A stretch of 64,000 nucleotides of DNA from a virus (IMGVR_UViG_3300033067_002106:18836-82835); one strand, 5' to 3'. Shown: positions 57,009-64,000, numbered from the stretch's first letter. Notes: generated from the sequence alone by a model not told the origin. Numbers and translations are program-made.

Positions 57009-57575
57009 ATGAAGACATGGATTAAACAAATATTAAGAGAGAATTTAGAAGAAATAGCACCAAAACCAAAACCAGTATTTGGTAAGGGCAGCTTTCATAA
57101 GGTTTTCCCATCAAAACAACACCCTGACCGACTTTATAAGGTTGGAGAAAAAGATACAGTTGAAGAATGGCTATCAATATTCAAAGCGTACCCAAAATAT
57201 TTTCCAAAAATTTATAGAGAATTTCCGTATGCTAAGAACCCAACACTTATGGTTGTTGAAATTGAGAAAATAGATACAGTAAGAGCAGCAAATGAGTTAA
57301 ATAAAATCGATAATTTTTTATTTGATGTTCCAGACACAATAAATTGCGAATATCTTTCACTACACAAATTTTTTGATACTGAATGTATTGATAATGTAAT
57401 AGAAGCAGCTAAAAATGACGATGACCCTTATTTATTACCCATGATATATAAATGGGCTAAATTTCTTAGGACTGTATCTAAAATTGTTTATGATTATATG
57501 GGCCGTGATATAGATATTCATGTGGGAAACGTTGCCTATGATAATAAAGGGAATCTAAAAATGATTGATATTTAA
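57009..57575 (+). CDS. Atypical kinase-like protein (paralog B)
   Basis: FGKGSFH; LYK; DIHVGNV; MIDI. Confidence 0.65.
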   Translation: MKTWIKQILRENLEEIAPKPKPVFGKGSFHKVFPSKQHPDRLYKVGEKDTVEEWLSIFKAYPKYFPKIYREFPYAKNPTLMVVEIEKIDTVRAANELNKIDNFLFDVPDTINCEYLSLHKFFDTECIDNVIEAAKNDDDPYLLPMIYKWAKFLRTVSKIVYDYMGRDIDIHVGNVAYDNKGNLKMIDI

Positions 57576-57576
57576 G

Positions 57577-58044
57577 ATGAAGACTTGGATTAAAAAAATA
57601 TTAAGAGAAACACTAGGTGAAGCTATTTTTAGCCCTGAGAATGAATTATTCTCAGCATATAATGGTCGATACCTGTTTGATGTTGATAAAGCATATTCTC
57701 TTATTAAAAGCGGAGGAGTTAAATCACAAATCAAAACATACTCTCCAACGTTTTTAAAGCAATTCTCACACCCAGAATTTTCAGCTGTAGACAACACCAA
57801 GCTTGATAGACTTAAGGGCTCCTTGGACCTTAAAAACCCTCTTGGGATACTTGTAAATTTTATGAACCCAGATGATGGAAAAACTGAATGGATTTTGATT
57901 GATGGGAATCACAGAGTCCGGGTTGCAGCTGAGAATAATGTGAATGGTTCGCTTTATGTTATTCAAGACCCAAATGATGTTGGTAAATTCATGAAAACAA
58001 ATACCCAAAAGCCCCACCAACTTTTCCCTGATGAAGATTTTTAA
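57577..58044 (+). CDS. ParB/Srx-like domain protein
   Basis: LIDGNHRV. Confidence 0.6.
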   Translation: MKTWIKKILRETLGEAIFSPENELFSAYNGRYLFDVDKAYSLIKSGGVKSQIKTYSPTFLKQFSHPEFSAVDNTKLDRLKGSLDLKNPLGILVNFMNPDDGKTEWILIDGNHRVRVAAENNVNGSLYVIQDPNDVGKFMKTNTQKPHQLFPDEDF

Positions 58045-58095
58045 AAAAAAGTAAGAAAAAACTTGTTTATTTGAGAAAGTTTCGTATATTTGCAT
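58045..58095 (+). promoter_or_regulatory. Conserved tRNA-operon promoter, copy 2
   Basis: aaaaaacttgtttatttg...gtatatttgca. Confidence 0.8.
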
Positions 58096-58110
58096 ATATT
58101 TATTAAAACA

Positions 58111-58191
58111 ATGAAAAAGATGAGTAACATATTGGTCCTTTGTTTATGTGTGCTAGTGCTTACTAGTACGGCTGGGATATTTATGTTATAA
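58111..58191 (+). CDS. Leader peptide MKKMSNILVLCLCVLVLTSTAGIFML
   Basis: LVLCLCVLVL core; antiterminator ggctggg 58170-76. Confidence 0.85.
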   Translation: MKKMSNILVLCLCVLVLTSTAGIFML

Positions 58192-58212
58192 CATCACTGA
58201 AATATAGCATTC

Positions 58213-58241
58213 AAACCCAGCCATTTAGGTTGGGTTTTTTT
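58213..58241 (+). terminator. Attenuator terminator
   Basis: aaacccagcc-attta-ggttgggttt plus T run, directly before tRNA-Cys. Confidence 0.85.
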
Positions 58242-58243
58242 AT

Positions 58244-58327
58244 GTCTACGTGGTCGAGTGGTCGATGGCAGCGGTCTGCAAAACCGCAAGGGAAACCTCA
58301 TCGTTGGTTCAAATCCAACCGTAGATT
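58244..58327 (+). tRNA. tRNA-Cys(GCA) with long variable region
   Basis: ctGCAaa; U73. Confidence 0.8.
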
Positions 58328-58333
58328 CAAGAC

Positions 58334-58404
58334 GCATCTGTGGCCGAGTGGTTAGGCTCAGGTCTGCAAAACCTGCTACAACAGTTCGAACCTGTTCGGA
58401 TGCT
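58334..58404 (+). tRNA. tRNA-Cys(GCA)
   Basis: Canonical; U73. Confidence 0.92.
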
Positions 58405-58453
58405 CCGAGTAGTCGTTTTTGTACTTTCAGCATATTTATTATAAAAGATAGAT

Positions 58454-59092
58454 ATGCCAAGAAAAGAAAAGGAGTATCACTTCATTTACAAAACGACCAA
58501 CTTACTTAGTGGTAAGTATTATATCGGAATGCATAGCACAGATAACCTTGAAGATGGTTATATGGGTAGCGGAAAACGACTTAGATATTCGTTGAATAAG
58601 TACGGTAAAGAAAACCATAAGGTGGAAATATTAGAGTTCTTTGATTCAAGAGAAGCCTTAGTTGAAAGAGAGAAATGGATTGTTTCTTTAAACGAGATTG
58701 CGAAAGAAGAGTGTATGAATTTAGTTGTTGGTGGTCAAGGTGGTTTTATTAGTTTAGAAGGTGCAAAGAAGGGTGGTAGAATTGTTGGGTATAAAAATGG
58801 TAAAAAACATGCCTTACGATTAGAAACGGATTTGATTTATCGAAATAATTTTTTAAATAGAATGAAAGCCGCACATCAAAGCGGGAGAGTTAAATACAAA
58901 AGTTTCAAGGGTAAAACACATACTGATGAAGCGAAAGAAAAAATGAGGAATAAGAAGCTAGGAAAAGGACTAGGGAAGACTAATTCTCAGTATGGTACCT
59001 GTTGGATTAACAACGGTACGCAAGAGATAAAAATTAAAAAAGAAGACTTAGAGAATTGGTTAGAGAATTCATGGGTTAAGGGTAGAATATAA
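58454..59092 (+). mobile_element. GIY-YIG homing endonuclease (MPRK family, copy 2)
   Basis: Clear paralog of 16149. Confidence 0.85.
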
Positions 59093-59120
59093 TAATTTAA
59101 TTATTTAAAGTTCTAATTTT

Positions 59121-59378
59121 ATGGACAAAAATGAAGTGAAAAAAGATTTGTACAAGTCAAAGGTGAATGCTAAATTTGCATATTATTGCCATGGTAGTTT
59201 GTACTATAATGTTGAAGTGCTTGGTAGTATTTATCAATTTCCAATTGAAACATTGGAAGATGGTACCTTATCAAATGATTTGGGGACAACACCTTTCAAT
59301 GCTGAAATCAAAGCATCTGATTTAAACAGATGGATTGCAGAAGCGATTGATAAGGATGCATTTATCAAGATTGGTTAA
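59121..59378 (+). CDS. Hypothetical protein
   Basis: 85-aa ORF. Confidence 0.7.
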   Translation: MDKNEVKKDLYKSKVNAKFAYYCHGSLYYNVEVLGSIYQFPIETLEDGTLSNDLGTTPFNAEIKASDLNRWIAEAIDKDAFIKIG

Positions 59379-59380
59379 AC

Positions 59381-59465
59381 GGGAACATAGCTCAGTGGTC
59401 AAGAGCACTGCCCTTACAAGGCAGCGGCGAATAGTATAACGGGTGTTCGATTCACCCTGTTCCCA
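59381..59465 (+). tRNA. tRNA-Val(TAC) with long variable region
   Basis: ctgcc-ctTACaa-ggcag. Confidence 0.82.
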
Positions 59466-59473
59466 CAATAAGT

Positions 59474-59608
59474 TCTATAATGGTGAAAGTGGTAGACACA
59501 GCGGTCACGGGGTAAAGGAGTACGTATAGTTGTAAACGGAAACGCTCGACATAAAATCAGTCCCAACCCGCCTCAACTCTTGTATAGGTTCGAGTCCTAT
59601 TTATAGTT
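59474..59608 (+). ncRNA. Leu-like tRNA body with about 65-nt insert replacing the anticodon loop
   Basis: ctataa/ttatag acceptor; gtg..cac D stem; gcgg/ccgc stem; atagg-ttcgagt-cctat T arm. Confidence 0.6.
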
Positions 59609-59618
59609 CTTATTTCAA

Positions 59619-59690
59619 TGTCTCTTAGCTAAGTGGTATAGCGTCTCTTTGACATGGAGAAGGCCGACAGTTCGATTCTGTCAGAGACAA
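59619..59690 (+). tRNA. tRNA-Val(GAC)
   Basis: Cloverleaf; ttGACat. Confidence 0.88.
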
Positions 59691-59733
59691 CAATGAAAAA
59701 ACAACTAGATGCATATTAGGTAAAAAACCTAAT

Positions 59734-59955
59734 ATGTCAAAAAACAGAAACAGAGCCAAATTAAACAAGGCTCAAACAGGTAGAGAATACCACATTATGT
59801 TGTTAAACGATTTGTATCCCCCATACTGGGATGAAGGGGTTAACTTTCATCCGAAATACAGAAGAGGATACAAGGAATCGAAGAAACAAATAATACACTA
59901 TCAAGTACGAATGTATCATACTTGGAAGCATAACCGAAAAACTAAATGGAAATGA
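59734..59955 (+). CDS. Hypothetical basic protein
   Basis: 73-aa ORF. Confidence 0.6.
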   Translation: MSKNRNRAKLNKAQTGREYHIMLLNDLYPPYWDEGVNFHPKYRRGYKESKKQIIHYQVRMYHTWKHNRKTKWK

Positions 59956-60005
59956 AAAAAGAAACTGATGGTCTTTAAGGTTGCTCAAATGTAACCCCAA
60001 AAGAC

Positions 60006-60302
60006 ATGAGAGAATTTCAAGAACTCAGAAAAACAACAAACAGGTCAGTTTATAATAAACTGTACAAAAAAGAACTTGACAAACGTGGTAAAATCAAATG
60101 CTCACTTGATGGTTACCACAGAGGTGAAAATGATGACAGCAAATATTATGGCGTATCTTGGATGGAAGCGTCTCAAGACCCAAAACCAAGATACCCTTCA
60201 TGGAAGCTGACATCAAAGAACCGGAAACAATGGATGAAAAAACGTTTGAAGATTAGAAAGAGAAGCTTCAAATGTTGGCACCAAGTGAAGATAACTTGGT
60301 AA
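60006..60302 (+). CDS. Hypothetical basic protein
   Basis: 98-aa ORF. Confidence 0.6.
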   Translation: MREFQELRKTTNRSVYNKLYKKELDKRGKIKCSLDGYHRGENDDSKYYGVSWMEASQDPKPRYPSWKLTSKNRKQWMKKRLKIRKRSFKCWHQVKITW

Positions 60303-60304
60303 AT

Positions 60305-60390
60305 GGCCGAGTGGTGGAATTGGTAGACACGCAGGTCTTAAAAACCTGTGGTCCGTAAGGGCCGTGTGGGTTCGAGTCCCATCTTGGCTA
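60305..60390 (+). tRNA. tRNA-Leu(TAA)
   Basis: Class II cloverleaf. Confidence 0.92.
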
Positions 60391-60462
60391 CAGAAATCTG
60401 TCGGAATGATATATGCCGTAAGCCTTGAGGCAAAGTTGACAGCTTGGAACAGACAAGCAAAT

Positions 60463-60550
60463 GGCCTTGTGATGGAACTGGCAGACAACTCAGACTCAGA
60501 ATCTGGGGCGAAATAACAGTAGCGTGAGGGTTCGAATCCCTCCAAGGTCA
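60463..60550 (+). tRNA. tRNA-Leu(CAG)
   Basis: Class II cloverleaf. Confidence 0.88.
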
Positions 60551-60554
60551 CAAT

Positions 60555-60731
60555 ATGAGAAAGAAAATTTTAAGTACGGAAGAGCGAATTAAACACTCTG
60601 AAGATTATATTGAATTTCTTAGAAAGAGATTAGCTTCTGAAAACTATAAGACTTCCGTATCAAAGGAAGAGTATGAAAAAACAAAAGCGAAGCTTGATAA
60701 AGAAAAAATAATCCTAAGGATGTTAAGGTAA
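60555..60731 (+). CDS. Hypothetical 58-aa protein
   Basis: Not in ORF track; open frame ATG to TAA. Confidence 0.55.
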   Translation: MRKKILSTEERIKHSEDYIEFLRKRLASENYKTSVSKEEYEKTKAKLDKEKIILRMLR

Positions 60732-60761
60732 TTTCAATTCTTTTTCGTATCTTTGTAGTAT

Positions 60762-60843
60762 GGCCCTATGGTGGAATTGGTAGACACGCTTGCCTTAGGA
60801 GCAAGTGCCGAGAGGCGTGGGGGTTCGAATCCCTCTAGGGTCA
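60762..60843 (+). tRNA. tRNA-Leu(TAG)
   Basis: Class II cloverleaf. Confidence 0.92.
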
Positions 60844-60984
60844 CAAGACAATATTTCTGGTAAGAGTTTATTGTGAAGCTTCAATGTCTAAAGATATTCT
60901 TATCTATATAGACACTAACTTTTACTCGTTTGCGGATAATGCTCATGACATAGGCCGCTCACCCAGTACGAGAATCTGGAATTT

Positions 60985-61010
60985 GGCCGTGTGGTGGAAT
61001 TGGTAGACAG
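60985..61010 (+). pseudogene. tRNA-Leu 5'-half remnant
   Basis: ggccgtg-tg-gtggaattggtagaca, then the sequence breaks off. Confidence 0.75.
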
Positions 61011-61082
61011 GGGTATTTTATATAAAATTTAAAGTTCTTTAAAATATGGTGTTTTTTGCGAACCTATCACATATTTATTGAT

Positions 61083-61793
61083 ATGAAAACTAAAGATGAG
61101 TATCAAAAAGTATGCGAATTGTTTGGGCAAGGTATTAAAAAATCTAAAATCGCCGAAATAATGGGTTTAGATAGGGGAACCGTTAGACGCTGGATAACAA
61201 CAGGGTTTACTGGTAAATCATCTAATGATATTATAGAATCATTAATCCTAAAAAAAGAAGATTATTCGTACATTTTAGGATTATATTTAGGTGATGGTTA
61301 TATTAACAAAACAGATAGAGCATATAGATTGAGAATATGTTTAGATTTAAAATATAATTTGTTGAATGATTATGCGTTTGAAAGATTAAAAAATCTGTTT
61401 CCAAATAACAGTGTTGGGAGTGTACACAGTTCTGGTTGTATCTATTTATATGTTTATAATAAACATTTACCAATAATGTTTCCACAACATGGTAGTGGAA
61501 GAAAACATTTAAGAAATATTATATTAGAAAATTGGCAGGTTAATATGATTGATTGGGTTGAATTGTTAAGAGGATTATTTCATTCGGACGGTTCATACTA
61601 TTTTGATAGGGGAAAAGATTATTTTAATTTTACTAATCTTTCGGATAATATTTTGAACTTATTTAAAATGTGTTGCCATAATCTTGGAATTCATTATACG
61701 CAAACTAATGATAAAACAATAAGAATTGGTAAACGACAAGACGTTAAAACAGTAAAAGAATTAATAGGTACAAAAATAAATATGGTCCTGTAG
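61083..61793 (+). mobile_element. LAGLIDADG-like homing endonuclease with N-terminal HTH
   Basis: SYILGLYLGDG; LRGLFHSDG. Confidence 0.8.
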
Positions 61794-61857
61794 CCCAACT
61801 GGGAGAGGCAATAGACTCAAAATCTATACAGTGTCGGTTCGAATCCGACTAGGACTA
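61784..61857 (+). tRNA. tRNA-Leu(CAA), short variable loop
   Basis: ataga-ctCAAaa-tctat; overlaps endonuclease stop codon. Confidence 0.85.
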
Positions 61858-61867
61858 CAAAACCCAA

Positions 61868-61941
61868 GAGAGGTAAATCCAAGGATGAGAATGTTATGGG
61901 GTATGGGTCCCTATTTCGATGGTGTAATCCTTGGGTCTCTC
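61868..61941 (+). ncRNA. Candidate 74-nt hairpin RNA
   Basis: gagag/ctctc and ccaaggat/atccttgg helices between tRNAs. Confidence 0.35.
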
Positions 61942-61945
61942 AAAT

Positions 61946-62027
61946 GGCTGAATGGTGGAATTGGTAGACACGCAGGTCTAAGAAGCCTGTGCCGCAAGGC
62001 GTGAGAGTTCGAGTCTCTCTTTGGTCA
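61946..62027 (+). tRNA. tRNA-Leu(AAG)
   Basis: caggt-ctAAGaa-gcctg; class II body. Confidence 0.88.
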
Positions 62028-62039
62028 CAAATATCTCTG

Positions 62040-62444
62040 ATGACTAATATAAAAAAGGGAACAACACGTGTTGTTTTTATTTTTGGTAGCTATGTTATTA
62101 AGTTACCGAGAATTTACAAATGGAAATGTTTTCTTAGGGGAATATTGGCAAACTTAGATGAAAATCTATGGTATCGTCATTCACCAAATGAATGGAAAAC
62201 AAAAATGTGCCCAGTTATAGGCATATATCTAAAGGGATTGTTATTGATAGCGAAAAGAGCAACACCAATTTCAGAAGAAGAGTTCAATAATATCAAACCA
62301 TCTGACTTCTATCCAATTCCAATGGATTATAAACAAACCAATTTTGGCTGGTATAACAACCAAATTGTTTTGATTGATTATGCCGATAGTAAATATTTTT
62401 GTTCGGATTGTGAAAACATTCTAAAACGATTATCAAATGTCTAA
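62040..62444 (+). CDS. Kinase-like protein
   Basis: GTTRVVF...VIKLP; NFG...VLIDY. Confidence 0.5.
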   Translation: MTNIKKGTTRVVFIFGSYVIKLPRIYKWKCFLRGILANLDENLWYRHSPNEWKTKMCPVIGIYLKGLLLIAKRATPISEEEFNNIKPSDFYPIPMDYKQTNFGWYNNQIVLIDYADSKYFCSDCENILKRLSNV

Positions 62445-62781
62445 GGTTGTTCATGTTAATAAAGAACCTTACGATGTCTATATCGGAAGACCCTCAAAAT
62501 GGGGTAATCCTTATACACATATCGTTGATAAGGAAACTCTGGCTGAATTTATTGTTGATTCAAGAGAGGAAGCGATAAGTAAATACAGAGAGTATTTGAC
62601 CAACAATGATGAGCTAATGGGTTCCATAATGGAACTGGATGGCAAAACGCTAGGTTGCTGGTGTATACAAGATTCAAACAATCCACCCTATCCTTATGTT
62701 TGCCATGGACAAGTGATTCAAGAAATAATCACAAGCTTAAAATTTAAACATGTTTTACGTAATACAAGAAAACCTCTTTAA
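62437..62781 (+). CDS. DUF4326-family protein
   Basis: VYIGRPSKWGNP; LDGKTLGCWC; CHG. Confidence 0.8.
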   Translation: MSKVVHVNKEPYDVYIGRPSKWGNPYTHIVDKETLAEFIVDSREEAISKYREYLTNNDELMGSIMELDGKTLGCWCIQDSNNPPYPYVCHGQVIQEIITSLKFKHVLRNTRKPL

Positions 62782-63571
62782 AGAGCATCACTATCAAACA
62801 TTGCTTAACACAATGGAGCGTTTCAAATTTGAATACGACATTGTAAAGTTTCTCCCATTCGTTGATGGTATCTATGAATGGTATGACCGTGAAGTTGTTG
62901 GTGATGCCTTTGAGCCAATACCCTACAAAACAGACCGTGAAAAAGTCTTTTGTTTTGGGGCTGTTGCTATGGCGGCTGCTGCTAAGAGGTATGGTTGGAC
63001 TCCCGGCTCAATGCTCAATGATAACCATGATTTTGACATATATGCTGAAAAATTTGGTGTTGAAAATATGTTAAACGGTGATGGTAAGGTGATTAATTTT
63101 ACTGACCCAATACCTTTCGAAGACGAATATTTTTTTGTAAGACCAACAAAAGATACAAAGGTTTTTAGTGGCCAAGTATTTAGCCGAGCAGCTTGGGCGG
63201 ATTATGCGAAGGTTTGTCGAGATACAGATACGGTAAACAGCATAACTGAAGAAACCAAAATCTTGGTCTCTCCAACCAAAAACATTCAACAAGAAGTAAG
63301 ATGTTGGGTTGTTGGTGGGAAGGTTGTAACAGCCAGTCGTTATAAGATTGGAAATAGGGTTATATATACCAACTATGACCATGAAACTGAATTTATTGAT
63401 TTTGCTCAAAGCATGGTTGATAAGTTTCAAGTTGCCGAAGCATTTGTTATTGACGTTTGTCTGGTGGATGACGAACTTAAGGTTGTTGAAGTCAACAATA
63501 TCAATTCCGCTGGGTTTTATGACTGTAATATGGTCAAGTTAATTGAGGCGCTGGAAAACCATTTTAACTAG
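62750..63571 (+). CDS. ATP-grasp protein (DUF4343/R2K-like)
   Basis: FFVRP.KD.K.FSG; EVRCWVV; FVID; VEVN..NSAGFY. Confidence 0.75.
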   Translation: MFYVIQENLFKEHHYQTLLNTMERFKFEYDIVKFLPFVDGIYEWYDREVVGDAFEPIPYKTDREKVFCFGAVAMAAAAKRYGWTPGSMLNDNHDFDIYAEKFGVENMLNGDGKVINFTDPIPFEDEYFFVRPTKDTKVFSGQVFSRAAWADYAKVCRDTDTVNSITEETKILVSPTKNIQQEVRCWVVGGKVVTASRYKIGNRVIYTNYDHETEFIDFAQSMVDKFQVAEAFVIDVCLVDDELKVVEVNNINSAGFYDCNMVKLIEALENHFN

Positions 63572-63579
63572 GTAAAAAA

Positions 63580-63641
63580 AATATTTAAAAAAAAAACCAG
63601 AAAAAACTTGTTTATTTGGAAAACTTTTGTATATTTGCATT
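63580..63641 (+). promoter_or_regulatory. Conserved tRNA-operon promoter, copy 3
   Basis: Near-identical to 28197-28261. Confidence 0.8.
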
Positions 63642-63682
63642 ATATTTATAAACAAGGGGAAATACCCCACAAAGAAAAAGAA

Positions 63683-63772
63683 ATGAGAAGCGTTAATTTT
63701 ATATTTGATTTTGCGATTGAAGCAGCCGAGGCCGATTTTAGCCACGGAAGGTCGAGTATTGCCCAAAATTAA
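63683..63772 (+). CDS. Leader peptide MRSVNFIFDFAIEAAEADFSHGRSSIAQN
   Basis: F/D/A/E-rich core; antiterminator aggtcgag 63749-56. Confidence 0.8.
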   Translation: MRSVNFIFDFAIEAAEADFSHGRSSIAQN

Positions 63773-63795
63773 CGTTTGAAAGATAACAAGTTTTG

Positions 63796-63825
63796 AAGCC
63801 CTCGACCTAAAATCGAGGGTTTTTT
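63796..63825 (+). terminator. Attenuator terminator
   Basis: aagccctcga-cctaaaa-tcgagggttt plus T run, directly before tRNA-Asp. Confidence 0.85.
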
Positions 63826-63829
63826 GTTT

Positions 63830-63917
63830 GGATATGGCGCATAGCGGTTGTTGCACCACCCTGTCACGGTGGTAAGTAGGTAAAACGAAAAAGCGGGTTC
63901 GATTCCCGTCATATCCG
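63830..63917 (+). tRNA. tRNA-Asp(GTC) with 20-nt variable region
   Basis: ccacc-ctGTCac-ggtgg; G73. Confidence 0.78.
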
Positions 63918-63966
63918 CCCTTGACTTTTTTGTACCTAGCACATATTTATATAGAAATGTATAGAT

Positions 63967-64000
63967 ATGCCTAGAAAACAAAAAACAATTCACTACCTTT
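63967..64000 (+). mobile_element. GIY-YIG endonuclease (MPRK family, copy 3), 3' partial
   Basis: 63924-64000 is identical to 16106-16182. Confidence 0.8.

Larger units (their letters stand above)
9440..63641 (+). promoter_or_regulatory. Two dispersed motifs: Bacteroidota-type -7 box TAnnTTTG (e.g. about 9450, 12647, 17391, 27489, 40917, 43404, 60748) and a phage ATATTTAT motif upstream of many starts
   Basis: Both recur just upstream of gene starts; ATATTTAT precedes most homing endonuclease genes. Confidence 0.7.

Noticed and set aside
58111-58191. Cys/Val/Leu leader read as a small membrane peptide
   Set aside because: It is hydrophobic, but the exact codon-anticodon match, the perfect antiterminator and two parallel leaders favour a regulatory role. 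A dual role is not excluded.
60393-60460. Possible tRNA-Leu(GAG) remnant
   Set aside because: Only a short gcc-ttga-ggc hairpin; no T loop.
1-64000. Genome-wide TAG recoding (code 15), suggested by the two CUA tRNAs
   Set aside because: Coding density is high under code 11, long conserved genes lack internal TAG, and the DNA ligase and Rnl1-like ligase end at TAG with non-coding sequence after.
1-64000. Genome-wide TGA=Trp, suggested by the RF gene
   Set aside because: TGA ends clpP, the amidase, the TonB receptor and others in ATGA overlaps at plausible C-termini; no UCA-anticodon tRNA was found.
1-64000. CRISPR array, rRNA, group I/II introns, IS elements
   Set aside because: No regularly spaced repeats with spacers, no rRNA signature, no intron core or transposase seen; the endonucleases are free-standing.

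Overview
AT-rich 64-kb segment of a jumbo (mega) phage. The host is probably Bacteroidota, inferred from recurring TAnnTTTG -7 promoters, a TonB receptor and an Hc1-like protein. The left part has virion and lysis genes, a TROVE/VWA (DUF2828) protein, DnaJ, ClpP and tmRNA. The rest is a translation and RNA-repair region with about 40 tRNA or tRNA-like genes, a CCA enzyme, two RNA ligases, PNK/2H enzymes, DNA ligase, a TonB-PnuC-NadR operon and many homing endonucleases. Main observations: (1) Three tRNA operons are each preceded by a shared promoter, a short leader ORF and an intrinsic terminator. Where the operon is in view, the leader's codons match its tRNAs (LVLCLCVLVL before Cys/Val/Leu tRNAs; 20 of the first 21 residues before Trp/Ser/His/Ile/Met/Asn/Arg tRNAs). 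The third leader (F/D/A/E-rich) precedes tRNA-Asp at the window edge. Antiterminator complements are clear in two of the three. This suggests ribosome-mediated attenuation sensing tRNA shortage. (2) A stop-codon-gated termination module: an RF1-like gene with two in-frame UGA, a Pth2-like gene with UAG at codon 4, and two amber suppressor tRNAs, in an otherwise standard-code genome. (3) A family of four D-arm-less tRNA-like genes with a D-loop-like motif moved into the variable region. (4) Endonuclease cassettes flanked by tRNA half-remnants and carrying intact tRNAs. All family assignments come from motif recognition by eye; no database searches were run.
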